A DNA stretch of 64,000 bases from Candidatus Heimdallarchaeota archaeon (GCA_021399345.1 JAAFKI010000124.1:1-64000); one strand, 5' to 3'. Positions 38,408 to 48,576 are shown, counted from the stretch's first letter. A program made the numbers and translations. The notes: generated by a model not told the origin, from the sequence alone.

Positions 38408-40266
38408 AATACGTTCGAGTCAAGTCTCTATTTATTCTACTGTTAATCATAACCTCAAGCAATTTCATCATTATCACAACAATTGAGTACGCAATTGCTG
38501 GGAGTCCTAGTTCAGGAGATATTCCTCCTCCAGACGGAGGAGGTGAAGATACAAGTGGTGGGAGTTCCGCTGGAGGATTATATATGAATTATAGAATTCC
38601 TTTAGTAATAAAATCAGGTCCATTTGGTCCCACATTGATAACAATCAATACTTTCTATGATGGAGTTCCGATAATCTTTGGTTTCGAATCTATAGAACAT
38701 GGAAATGAAACCATTTTAAACCAAAATGAAACATTGGTAATCAATCCCTTGTTTGAACCTAATCTAGTAAATGGGTCTTTGATTCAAACCTTTGCACCAC
38801 TTCAAATTAATATATATCATCCATTTAGTAATTCAACCTTTGATGATACATTTTCCTATTCCCCCTTAGTCATGTCTATGTGGGGAAGGCATTATCAAAG
38901 TCAGTATGACAATATGAAAGCAATGATAGTAGCAGGAATTAATTCAACGGATATCACAATTACAAATCCCGGAGAAAATCCTGAGTTTTATGATTTACCA
39001 CTTATAGGAGACACTTTGGAATTAGATGTACAAAAGGGTACGATTATTGAATCCACTAATCCAATTGGAGTGGTTTTTTATTCTCTCTCAATTACTGAAG
39101 GATCATTTGCATACAATGCAATTCCCCGTTTTTTGTGGGGAAAAGAGTATTATGTATACCCAGCACAAGAAATTGATTCAATCCCGCTTTTACAAGGTGA
39201 TACTGAACTCACTATATCTACAATAGGCGAGGGGGAAACTATTCATCCTATAACAAGTAATCTGAATGATCCTATAGAGGATTTACCTGAAAATGGAGTA
39301 GTAACGCTTTCTAATAGTGGTCTTGCTGCAGGTGAGTTTTACCACTATATTACTAGTAATTATATAAATTTCTCATTAACATTAATGTACAATTATACTT
39401 TTAATGGAACAACTCATAAAGCAACAGTTCAATACATGGCATCAGAAAAAATGACTTATGCTGAATGGTACTTAACTGCTTTAAGTTATAAAAACCAAGA
39501 ACTCGGTATTATTATTCATAGAGAAGAATCTTGGATAATTCCAATGATATTAGAAGATAATGGAACTATTTACTATGATATTGGAGGATATGTTGAAAAG
39601 AATCTTGGTGATTCATTTACCCATATTTGGAATAATTCTCTTGGTATTTTTGCAAATGGTTCATTCCATGGTTTTCTTTTAACTTCACCCCCAGAATCAG
39701 CCAATTGGAACAGTTCTGCCAACAATCTCTACCCACTCAATTTATTATCACACTTTGACAACACATCTACCTTCTTTCCATCTTGGTACAGATTCCCCAA
39801 TTTAAATGTAAGAGAAGTATTTGTAAGTCCAACAAATCCTACAGAATTCAGGAGACTTCAATTAGATATTATTGTTCAGAATAATGGTTCAGTACCTTCT
39901 GCTCCTTTTTGGGTAAGGGTAGTTGTCAATGATACAATAAGAATCAACAAAAAAGTTGAAGGGGGGCTTGACGTAATGGAAGCGATCCCAATCATTTTTG
40001 AAGAGTTTCAAGGATTCGGACTGAAGGTTTGGAATATTTCCATTTTTACAGATTCTGAAAGTCAAATATATGAGCTTCACGAGTTTGATAATTCTTATCA
40101 ATTATTTATTGAAGTAACTAGAAATTGGAATATAGTTTACACTGGTATTGCTATAGCAGTTGCGATAGTATCTTTCATCATTTATAAAATTACCAAAAGA
40201 TTAAGAAAATCAAGAAGGAGAAGAAAAACACAGTTTGATGTAATACTGAGTGATATTGAGGTTTAA
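38404..40266 (+). CDS. Surface protein with IgGFc-binding-like N-terminal region and CARDB domain
   Basis: P...WG..Y repeats (MWGRHY, LWGKEY), IESTNPIGV; CARDB motifs PNL.V, VQNNGS and DSESQIYELHEFDN; C-terminal TM and basic tail. Confidence 0.7.
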   Translation: MKYVRVKSLFILLLIITSSNFIIITTIEYAIAGSPSSGDIPPPDGGGEDTSGGSSAGGLYMNYRIPLVIKSGPFGPTLITINTFYDGVPIIFGFESIEHGNETILNQNETLVINPLFEPNLVNGSLIQTFAPLQINIYHPFSNSTFDDTFSYSPLVMSMWGRHYQSQYDNMKAMIVAGINSTDITITNPGENPEFYDLPLIGDTLELDVQKGTIIESTNPIGVVFYSLSITEGSFAYNAIPRFLWGKEYYVYPAQEIDSIPLLQGDTELTISTIGEGETIHPITSNLNDPIEDLPENGVVTLSNSGLAAGEFYHYITSNYINFSLTLMYNYTFNGTTHKATVQYMASEKMTYAEWYLTALSYKNQELGIIIHREESWIIPMILEDNGTIYYDIGGYVEKNLGDSFTHIWNNSLGIFANGSFHGFLLTSPPESANWNSSANNLYPLNLLSHFDNTSTFFPSWYRFPNLNVREVFVSPTNPTEFRRLQLDIIVQNNGSVPSAPFWVRVVVNDTIRINKKVEGGLDVMEAIPIIFEEFQGFGLKVWNISIFTDSESQIYELHEFDNSYQLFIEVTRNWNIVYTGIAIAVAIVSFIIYKITKRLRKSRRRRKTQFDVILSDIEV

Positions 40267-40269
40267 TAA

Positions 40270-42531
40270 ATGACATCACCAGAGCCTGAACAAGTAAAGA
40301 ACTTTTCTACAAGAATAAGGCAATTCCTCAATAAATTTTGGAAGAATTTTAAAGCTAAAGGTGTTCTACCAAAGGATCAATATGAATCATTTAGTGTAAT
40401 TCTAGGAAGAGACTTAGTTTTTATGGATTGGACTATTCAATTTGGTGGGCAACTTCTAGGTATTCTTCTAGGAGCTTTGGTAAGTTTTCTTATTGGTGCA
40501 AATCTCTTCAAAGATCTCTTTGGTGCAAGTGAATCTATAAATCCAAACTCTTACATCTCACTTTATGTTGGAACTTTACTAGCAGTCGTAGGTTTATCTG
40601 TATATTATATAATGAAACTTGGGATTAGAATTAACACACCTAAAAAAATAGCTAAAAATAAATTCAACACAGCCAAAGTAGCATTTTTTGGTCTTTCGTT
40701 TGTTTTTGGTTTATCTTATTTGTATAATACTTTCTTGGAACCAGCTGTTAACAAAATTGCCGGCATTGTGAATCCTTTGGATCCAAATGGAGGAGATCCT
40801 GGAAATGGAGGAGGGGGAGTTGATTGGCAGTCAACAAATCAATACATAATTCTTATAGCTTCTATTTTAGCAGCAGCAGCAGTATTTGCTCTTCTTTATT
40901 CCGGAATAATGTATTCGATGAACAAGAAAGTTGGAACAATAGATGGAGTAGCTATTATTGCAGCGTCTACATTATTGATGTTCTATTTATTATCACAGTT
41001 TTCAATGCCTCAATATTTAATCGAGGCATTTCAAACTAAATCATATTCACTGCTCTTACCCTTACTAAATGATATTCTATATTATTCGCTTATTGCATTT
41101 GTAACAATAATGGTTTATCACCTAAGCAGGAGAATTGAGTTATCTATCATCATATTGTTCCTTGGTTTTGCATTTGGATATGAAACCACAAATATTGTTG
41201 AGTTTCTTATTATTTTAAAATGGGATTTTCCCGAGAAATCGTATATTTCAGCTACTTTAATCAAAACTTTGCAAGGGTTACAATATGCAGGTTTAGCAGG
41301 AATGATTGCATATCCTCTGGTTTTCTATAGAGACACAGCAGCATTCTTTAGGAAAGCATATGTAACAATTAGAAATCAGGGACTGGTTTTATTTGTATTC
41401 TTCTTAGTAGTGCTTGTAATCGAAATAATATTGCAATTTATTTTTACATACCTAGGTATTTTATTCTCACTTATTATTTTCATTGTTCTAGTTGGCGTGG
41501 TTAATTCACTTATTACGAAAAAATATGGAAAGCAAAGCTTTACAGGTTTGTTGTCAACAATGTCTCAGGCAACTCTCCAGATGGGTGAATCTGTGATTCC
41601 TACATTGAAAAAGCAAACTAAATTTCTTGAGGAAAAATCGATCAGAAGAAGATTGACCACCGTGATTTTAGGAACTACAATTCCTTTAGCTCTATATTTT
41701 GGTATTATGTATCTAACGACAGCGATAACTGAGCAAACAGTTATTGGTACAACAGTATTTCTGTATACAGCTGTTCCTATTTCTATTGGGTTCATCGCAT
41801 TTTCATTGAGTTACCTCTGGGTTAAGAATCCAATTATAAGAAGTAATTTTAATTATCAATATCCTCTAAAAATAGCTGGATTGATTGGAGGAATTTTTTA
41901 CTTCTTCTATGCAGTTAATGGTTTAATCTACAATAGAGTAGGAGTATATCCCTTAATTGCTCTTTTCTATATACCAATAGTTTTGATAGCTGTTTTTAGA
42001 AAAGATAAACTAGGTACTTTGTTACTCTCTTTAGCTGGTGATAATAAAGATACAGCACTCAAAGAGCTACTCCTCAGGAGGGATTTAGATATTCCTTCTT
42101 TAGATGAGAAATTTTACAAATCTCCACCTTACCTAAAAACTTGGCTTGCCTTGATTTTGACAAAACGAGGAGAAAAAGCTCAAACTTCTCAGAATCTTGT
42201 ATCAATGCTAACAAGTAGCTTTCCATTAGAAAGGGCAACAGGTGCTTTGTGCATACTTTATCTAAATGATAAAGATACTATGGAAAGAGTAATTAAAATT
42301 CTTGAAAGTGATTCTGATCCTAGAGTTAGAGATGCCATAGCCTATGGTATTAGATATTTTGATGATCTTCCTGAAGAAATTTACAAAAGAATCATCGACT
42401 CCCAACACTATGAAGATGATGCTAAAGTACTTGAAACACTGAAAGAAACCATTTCTTCTTTGGATATAAGGTTCTCTGCTGAGGAAAAAGAAGAGGAAGT
42501 GGAACTAGAAGAGTATTTTGAGGAAATTTAG
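40270..42531 (+). CDS. Polytopic membrane protein with C-terminal HEAT repeats
   Basis: About 14 TM, then ERATGALC and DSDPRVRDAIAYG; acidic end. Confidence 0.75.
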   Translation: MTSPEPEQVKNFSTRIRQFLNKFWKNFKAKGVLPKDQYESFSVILGRDLVFMDWTIQFGGQLLGILLGALVSFLIGANLFKDLFGASESINPNSYISLYVGTLLAVVGLSVYYIMKLGIRINTPKKIAKNKFNTAKVAFFGLSFVFGLSYLYNTFLEPAVNKIAGIVNPLDPNGGDPGNGGGGVDWQSTNQYIILIASILAAAAVFALLYSGIMYSMNKKVGTIDGVAIIAASTLLMFYLLSQFSMPQYLIEAFQTKSYSLLLPLLNDILYYSLIAFVTIMVYHLSRRIELSIIILFLGFAFGYETTNIVEFLIILKWDFPEKSYISATLIKTLQGLQYAGLAGMIAYPLVFYRDTAAFFRKAYVTIRNQGLVLFVFFLVVLVIEIILQFIFTYLGILFSLIIFIVLVGVVNSLITKKYGKQSFTGLLSTMSQATLQMGESVIPTLKKQTKFLEEKSIRRRLTTVILGTTIPLALYFGIMYLTTAITEQTVIGTTVFLYTAVPISIGFIAFSLSYLWVKNPIIRSNFNYQYPLKIAGLIGGIFYFFYAVNGLIYNRVGVYPLIALFYIPIVLIAVFRKDKLGTLLLSLAGDNKDTALKELLLRRDLDIPSLDEKFYKSPPYLKTWLALILTKRGEKAQTSQNLVSMLTSSFPLERATGALCILYLNDKDTMERVIKILESDSDPRVRDAIAYGIRYFDDLPEEIYKRIIDSQHYEDDAKVLETLKETISSLDIRFSAEEKEEEVELEEYFEEI

Positions 42532-42574
42532 TTTCTCGCAATTATTTTTTCACTTACCAAAGAAAAGAAGAGAA

Positions 42575-43261
42575 TTACTTCAGAATTATTCGTGCATCTA
42601 CAGGGAATAAACCATCCTCATTTGCAATTATTGGATTAATATCCATTTCTGCAATATACTCCTTATATTCCCATGCCAATTCTGAAAGTTTTACAATCAA
42701 ATTAGAAAGTTCTTCTTTATTCACCTTTGGCATTCCTCTGAAACCTTCTAACAAAACCCTTGCTTTGATTTCTTCAATAGCTTGTAATGCTTGTGGTTGA
42801 GTTGTTGGACACAAACGAAAAACCACATCCTTGATTGCTTCAACCATGACTCCCCCTACACCAAATAGAATGACAGGGCCAAAAGTTGGATCAGTATTTG
42901 TTCCTATAATCAATTCAAGGCCTTTACCAACCATTTTTTCAACAAGAACACCTGCAACATCAACACTTGAAAATCTATTCATAAAATCATCAAATGTTGA
43001 TTTTACTTCCTCTTCTGATTGTAGATTTACTACAACTGCATCATAGTCTGTTTTATGGATAACTTCAATCGACATCAACTTCATAACTACGGGATATCCA
43101 AATTTGCTAGCTGCTTCTATAGCTTCTTCTTTTGTTTTCACTAGAGTAGAAGGAGGAACAATTATCCCCATTTTTCTCAATATCATTTTTGCTTCATGTT
43201 CTAGAACAGCTTTCCTCTGTTCTGATTGGATTATTGTAAATATTTCTTTTATTCCACTCAT
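42575..43261 (-). CDS. acdB: ADP-forming acyl-CoA ligase, beta (ATP-grasp) subunit
   Basis: GYPVVMK, IHKTD, DPTFGPVILFGVGG, EMDINP and VDARI motifs. Confidence 0.92.
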   Translation of the reverse strand: MSGIKEIFTIIQSEQRKAVLEHEAKMILRKMGIIVPPSTLVKTKEEAIEAASKFGYPVVMKLMSIEVIHKTDYDAVVVNLQSEEEVKSTFDDFMNRFSSVDVAGVLVEKMVGKGLELIIGTNTDPTFGPVILFGVGGVMVEAIKDVVFRLCPTTQPQALQAIEEIKARVLLEGFRGMPKVNKEELSNLIVKLSELAWEYKEYIAEMDINPIIANEDGLFPVDARIILK

Positions 43262-43263
43262 TT

Positions 43264-44685
43264 TTAGTCCTCCACTTTGATAGATCTTGGATCCACACCA
43301 TGTTTTTGAATATGTTTAGTATATTCAGTAAGCATACCTAAAGCTCTCACAGCTCTACCAGGACTTTCAAATGCAGGTAAATCATCCTTCAATAATTCTG
43401 CAGTTGCATAATCTGCTTCTTCGCCTCCAACTAAAGCTGTTACAAAGGGTTTTTCTTTTCTTTTAGCTAATTCTTTTGTAATTTTGATATATTCTTCTAT
43501 ATCTAAATCAGGTATAACTGGAATACAGATGTTAACAATTGAATCTACATTTGGATCATCATAAACAGATTCTAAAGCAATTCGATAATCTTCTGCAGTT
43601 GCACTACCAGTTATATCAATTGGATTTCCTGTTGAATAAAATGATGGGAAAGTGTCATCAAGTTTCTTCTGTACTTCAGCTGAAAACTTAGCAAGTGCAA
43701 GGCCACAATCAGAAACCATATCTGATGCCATTACTCCAGCTCCACCACCATCTGTTACGATTGCTACTTTATTTCCTAATGGCAAAGGTTGAGTTCCAAA
43801 TACTAAAACACAATCTTCTAATTGATCCCACGTTATTACTCGGATTATACCAGCGTCATTTAGCAAGTCATCCACTATTACATCATTAGCTGATAATGCA
43901 GCAGTATGTGATGCGCCTGCTTTTGCACCAGTTTCAGTACGATTTGCTTTAATTCCCATAATAGGTTTTTTCAGAGATATTTCTCTTGCTTTTTGCATGA
44001 ATTCTCTGCCGTTTTTGAAGTCTTCCAAATAGATAATAATCATTTTTGTATCAGGGTCTTGTCCAACATATTCTAAAGAATCAGTTTCGTTAATGTCACT
44101 TGCATTTCCATATGAAATAAATTTGGAAACCCATTTACCAGAACCTAAACGAGAGAGCTGATCAATGAAAGCAGCACCGAAAGCTCCACTTTGAGTGAAT
44201 ATTGATACAGGCCCGTTAGTTGGTCTTTTCAATTTACTATCTGGTAAAAACATTGTGTCATAACCAAGAGCTGGTGAGTATAAACCCAAGCAATTTGGTC
44301 CAATAACAGTAATTTCAAACTCTCTCATAATATCTAACATTTGTTGTTGAAGTTTGATTCCTTCATCCCCAATTTCGCTAAAACCACCAGTTGTAACAAT
44401 AATGTTCTTTATACCTTTTTTTCCACATTCTTGTAATGCCAAAGGAGCATATCGAGCGGGAACGATAATGCATGCTGCATCAATTGAATCATCTATCTCT
44501 AAAACTGATTTGTATAATTTATTATTATATAGCTCTCCACCTTTTGGGTTAACAAGATATGTTTTCCCAGGAAAAAAGTTTACAAAATTATATGCTACTA
44601 CATTCCCAGGTTTATTGGGAGTAGTTGAAGCACCTACAACACAAAATGATTTGGCGTTAAAGAATTTCTCTAGCCTTGCTTTCAT
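43264..44685 (-). CDS. acdA: ADP-forming acyl-CoA ligase, alpha subunit
   Basis: VVGAS..PNKPG, IGPNCLG, QSGA, ASHTAAL (phospho-His) and NPIDITG motifs. Confidence 0.93.
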   Translation of the reverse strand: MKARLEKFFNAKSFCVVGASTTPNKPGNVVAYNFVNFFPGKTYLVNPKGGELYNNKLYKSVLEIDDSIDAACIIVPARYAPLALQECGKKGIKNIIVTTGGFSEIGDEGIKLQQQMLDIMREFEITVIGPNCLGLYSPALGYDTMFLPDSKLKRPTNGPVSIFTQSGAFGAAFIDQLSRLGSGKWVSKFISYGNASDINETDSLEYVGQDPDTKMIIIYLEDFKNGREFMQKAREISLKKPIMGIKANRTETGAKAGASHTAALSANDVIVDDLLNDAGIIRVITWDQLEDCVLVFGTQPLPLGNKVAIVTDGGGAGVMASDMVSDCGLALAKFSAEVQKKLDDTFPSFYSTGNPIDITGSATAEDYRIALESVYDDPNVDSIVNICIPVIPDLDIEEYIKITKELAKRKEKPFVTALVGGEEADYATAELLKDDLPAFESPGRAVRALGMLTEYTKHIQKHGVDPRSIKVED

Positions 44686-44763
44686 TAGCTATCAGAAACA
44701 AGAAATATTGTTTTGTTAAAAATTTTTGGAATAATACTACAAAAACTCCTTTCATATTCCTAA

Positions 44764-44848
44764 TTGATTCTGTATTTATTGCGAAACCTCGAATAATGCA
44801 GTAGATGCATTGTGCATAAATTGTGGAGTAAAATTAATAAACAAATAA
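44764..44848 (+). pseudogene. Zinc-ribbon micro-ORF or remnant (F-CIYCETSNNAVDALCINCGVKLINK)
   Basis: CxxC-x10-CxxCG in frame 44768-44848; upstream TTG is off-frame by one base. Confidence 0.45.
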
Positions 44849-44908
44849 ACTCCATTTTTCTCTTTTGTTAAAGAGAAAGCTTTCAAACACAACCTTATTT
44901 ATTATTTC

Positions 44909-46108
44909 ATGTTTTCTTCAAGTATGGATAATGAGATTTTAATCCCTGCATATTGGAAAATTCCATATCAAGAAGAAATGACAGGAAAAATAACAAAAAC
45001 TAGAGGAAGGGAGTTACAGTTCAGTAAGAAATTCTTTTACCCAGGAGGAGGGGGACAATTATCAGATAGAGGTACTATTATTTATACTGATAAAGAATTT
45101 CCAATAATTGATGTCTATAAAGACGAGGAGGGAATCTGGCATAAAATAAAATCTAAAGAAAAAATTGAATTTGAAGAAGGAAAAGAAGTACTTCTAAAAT
45201 TAGATTGGGAAAGAAGATATTCGTTTATGAAAGCACATTCTTCCCAACATCTCATATCTCACATTCTAGAAGAGTTTTATCAATGTAAAACTCTAAAAGC
45301 TAATTTTGAGGAAGGTAAGATCGATATTGAAACTTCCATAAAATTATCACTTGAGCAGGTGTTAAAAGCGATAGAACATGCAAATGATATTATAAATTCA
45401 GGAACTAAAATTGAATCAATTGTTGTAAATCAAGAGAAATATAAAAGAGAATTCAAACAAAGAACAAGAGGGAAGACCTCAGATGAAAAAACGGTTAGAC
45501 TCATTCAACTTGGTGAAGATGAAGGATTTGATTTAGCCTGTTGTGGAGGTATTCATGTGAAGAATCTTTCAGAAGTTAAGGGAATAATTCTTGAGAATCT
45601 CAAGGCATATACTCTCAAACTTCTAGTTGATCAACATGGTCTTACATTTGCAAATCAACAAAGAAAAATGATGATTGCTTTAGAAGAGCTCACTCAAAAG
45701 AAAGATGAAAAACTTATTGAGATGATACAAAATAAACTTAACAACTTCGATGTCCTACAATCAGGAAATGTAAAATTATTGAAAATGATTTTCAGAAATC
45801 TACAACATTGGAAGATAACAATCAATGGAATATCTTGCATTTTTTTCGAATTACCAGAAATTGACCGTCAAGCAATTCAATCAGCTGCTAAAGAAATGAT
45901 TGAAGGATTTCTTATAGTTATAATAGGAAAGAATGAAATTCTTTACATCTTGTCTTCTGATGAAAGAATTCCAGCAGATGAAGTTACGAAGAAGCTTCTA
46001 GAAATTACAAAAAATAAAGGTGGGGGAAACAAAGCTTTTGCACAAATATCAATACAAAAAGTAGAAAATCCACTAAAACTAGTTAAAGATGTAATAAAAA
46101 ACTTCTAA
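44909..46108 (+). CDS. alaX: AlaX-type alanyl-tRNA editing protein with C-terminal DHHA1-like domain
   Basis: FYPGGGGQLSDRG, HSSQH, CCGGIHV and KGGGN..FAQ motifs. Confidence 0.88.
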   Translation: MFSSSMDNEILIPAYWKIPYQEEMTGKITKTRGRELQFSKKFFYPGGGGQLSDRGTIIYTDKEFPIIDVYKDEEGIWHKIKSKEKIEFEEGKEVLLKLDWERRYSFMKAHSSQHLISHILEEFYQCKTLKANFEEGKIDIETSIKLSLEQVLKAIEHANDIINSGTKIESIVVNQEKYKREFKQRTRGKTSDEKTVRLIQLGEDEGFDLACCGGIHVKNLSEVKGIILENLKAYTLKLLVDQHGLTFANQQRKMMIALEELTQKKDEKLIEMIQNKLNNFDVLQSGNVKLLKMIFRNLQHWKITINGISCIFFELPEIDRQAIQSAAKEMIEGFLIVIIGKNEILYILSSDERIPADEVTKKLLEITKNKGGGNKAFAQISIQKVENPLKLVKDVIKNF

Positions 46109-46119
46109 GCTTAATTTGC

Positions 46120-47118
46120 TTAGAAGAACACATCATCTCTTGGTGCAATGTAAGTATAAGTTATTGGATCAGATTTCTCATTTTTCTGAACTTTGTTTTC
46201 ATCTATTAGTTTATTCAGATGGGCAGTCATGTTGGTTTTTGGTGCCAATATAGAATAGGGATGATACCAAACGATACCTTGAGAATTATGAACTCTTTCA
46301 ATTAGTTGGTTCATAGTCAGATACTTCTGTTCTGTCATCGCCATTTCTAATTGATTTTCAAACTGATGAAATGCTTCCTTTACATCATTTACGTAAGGTA
46401 TAACATGTCGATTTTCTTGATAATTATCATGAGCAGGACATATCATGGAAATTTCTGCTTTTTCGAGAAACTCGATATTTTTCAACCATATTTTATAAGA
46501 ACCCGAATAATCAATTAAATAGCTGCTAGAGAGAGCAGGATACAAATTGAGTGCATCACCAGTAAACATAGCTCTTTCTGCAGTTGCAAAAAACATACTA
46601 TGACCTTCACATATTCCATCAAAATTAATTACCATCAACTTTGTATCATCGATTTCAAACTTTTCTCCATCTTTGAAATAAATATCTGGTTTGAATGCAT
46701 CTAAATCATCGAATGGATCCTTCTTAACAGCAAAGTATAATTTCTCCTTTCTTGTGAAATTGAAATTATTTTCTTTAATCAGATTATTAGGGTCATCCAT
46801 TATAGATTTACATTTTTCATTAATAGCGACTTGGGCATTAGGAAATATTTTCTTTAGCTTGTACACTCCCCCCATCACGTCAGGATAGGGATGTGTAAGG
46901 AAAATAAATTTTACATCTTTTGTGTCTTTTCCCTTATTGAAAATTGCTTCTAGAAATGTGTTTTCTATACTTCCTCTTCTTCCAGTGTTGATTATTGCAA
47001 AGGAATCTTTACCTAGCAAATATCCTCTATTACGTTCTCCCCCATCTCCAGAGGGACCATCTATTATTGAAATTCTTTCATTTATCGCATGAATTGGATC
47101 AGATATCATTTTAGACAC
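46120..47118 (-). CDS. Metallo-beta-lactamase fold protein with degenerate metal motif
   Basis: INTG, LTHPYPDVMGG, FTGDA and CPAH motifs. Confidence 0.8.
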   Translation of the reverse strand: MSKMISDPIHAINERISIIDGPSGDGGERNRGYLLGKDSFAIINTGRRGSIENTFLEAIFNKGKDTKDVKFIFLTHPYPDVMGGVYKLKKIFPNAQVAINEKCKSIMDDPNNLIKENNFNFTRKEKLYFAVKKDPFDDLDAFKPDIYFKDGEKFEIDDTKLMVINFDGICEGHSMFFATAERAMFTGDALNLYPALSSSYLIDYSGSYKIWLKNIEFLEKAEISMICPAHDNYQENRHVIPYVNDVKEAFHQFENQLEMAMTEQKYLTMNQLIERVHNSQGIVWYHPYSILAPKTNMTAHLNKLIDENKVQKNEKSDPITYTYIAPRDDVFF

Positions 47119-47121
47119 CGT

Positions 47122-47961
47122 TTATCTTGCTTCTGCTAATATTTCAGCAACAGTTTTACTTACTTTCTTCATCTTATCAATTTCTTTTGATTTCTCTAAC
47201 TTATGTTTCTCATATTTCTTTTCTGAAATCTCACCAGTTTGTGAGTTCACATATAGAACCTCTAAATCTCTTTGTAGAGATTTCATCTTGTTTTCTAGAG
47301 CATCAAAAGTTTTGCGCATTTTAGCCAATTCGATATTGAGTTTAGTTGTAAGATTTTCTATGTTCTTCTTGAACCTTGTTTCCATTTCTTCTAAAGTAGC
47401 TCTACTAACTGCTTTATCTCCCTTAAGTCCAGAGAGCTTTTTGAGCTTCGAGCGTTCATTATTTCTATCTTCGATGATTTCTTCAATTGGCAAAATTGCA
47501 GAGAAGTTTTCAAATTCGTTTTCTTCAGAAATAACAAAATCTACTTCTTCTTTTAACTGCTTGATTCTGGGTAAAGCTTCATCTTTAGGAATTAATTTAT
47601 TCTTCACCCTATCTAGTAATTTATCGATTTCTGCATCGATATCAGTTCTTCTTCTCAAAAGAGCGTTATAATCATCTCTCTTTACTATTACATCTGCTAT
47701 TCGCTCTACTAGTTCATCATCAGTTAAGTCCTTTATCTCCTCCTGCGTCTCTTCTACTTCAATTTCTTCAACTTCCAATGGTTCATAAATCATACCAGTG
47801 GGAGAAGTGGGGTCTACCTTAGCAATTTCAATGACTTCTTCGGACTTTACAATTAGTTCTGGTTCTTCCTTATGTAACAATCTTGCACCGCATTTACGAC
47901 AAAAGTTCCAATGAGATTGTACTGGGTTTCTACAGTAATGACACTCATTCATCCTTAACAC
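47122..47961 (-). CDS. Zinc-ribbon plus coiled-coil protein (CdvA/SHOCT-like C-terminus)
   Basis: CHYC...FCRKCG; long heptads; TGEISEKKYE. Confidence 0.7.
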   Translation of the reverse strand: MLRMNECHYCRNPVQSHWNFCRKCGARLLHKEEPELIVKSEEVIEIAKVDPTSPTGMIYEPLEVEEIEVEETQEEIKDLTDDELVERIADVIVKRDDYNALLRRRTDIDAEIDKLLDRVKNKLIPKDEALPRIKQLKEEVDFVISEENEFENFSAILPIEEIIEDRNNERSKLKKLSGLKGDKAVSRATLEEMETRFKKNIENLTTKLNIELAKMRKTFDALENKMKSLQRDLEVLYVNSQTGEISEKKYEKHKLEKSKEIDKMKKVSKTVAEILAEAR

Positions 47962-48021
47962 CTAAACTACCTTTGTACATCATGCTTAAAAAAGATATCA
48001 TTATTTAGAAACTGAAAATAT

Positions 48022-48576
48022 ATGAAAGTTGTAATTTGTTCTACCAATCCAGTTAAAATTGAAGCAGTAAAAGAAGCTTTTAGTTCATTTTTTGAAAATA
48101 TAGTTTATTTTCCTCTCGAAATGAGTAATCATAAGGAAATTGTAAAACAACCTATGTCTTCCAAGAAAACACTTAGTTCAGCTGTAAAACGGGTTCAGGT
48201 TGCAAGAAAAGAAGAAAATGCAGAATTTTTTGTTAGTATGGAAGGGGGCATGGATTGTGATGATTATGGTGCTTTTCTAACTTGGTATGTATGTGTAAGT
48301 AATAACTCAGGTAAAGATTCAATTGCAGGGGGAGGGAGAATGCCTCTTCCAAGGACAATTTATGAGGAATTAGTAAACAATACATCTTTGGAATTAGGGG
48401 ATATAATGGATAGAATAACAAATGAAGAGAATGTTAAACAAAGAGGTGGTAGTACGGCTGTATTTACAGGAAACAAAATATTCAGAAAGGACGTTTTTAC
48501 AAGAGAACTGATTATTGCTTTAATACCTTTCACAAGTGATATTTTTCAAAAAATAGAAGGAAACGAGAAAATCTAA
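48022..48576 (+). CDS. yjjX: Non-canonical purine NTP phosphatase (YjjX/DUF84)
   Basis: STNPVKIEAV, QPM, SMEGG, ELGDIMD and KQRGG motifs. Confidence 0.9.
   Translation: MKVVICSTNPVKIEAVKEAFSSFFENIVYFPLEMSNHKEIVKQPMSSKKTLSSAVKRVQVARKEENAEFFVSMEGGMDCDDYGAFLTWYVCVSNNSGKDSIAGGGRMPLPRTIYEELVNNTSLELGDIMDRITNEENVKQRGGSTAVFTGNKIFRKDVFTRELIIALIPFTSDIFQKIEGNEKI

Noticed and set aside
44732-44770. Selenocysteine read-through of the TGA at 44765 before the zinc ribbon
   Set aside because: Another in-frame stop lies at 44732 with no start codon between, and no SECIS is evident
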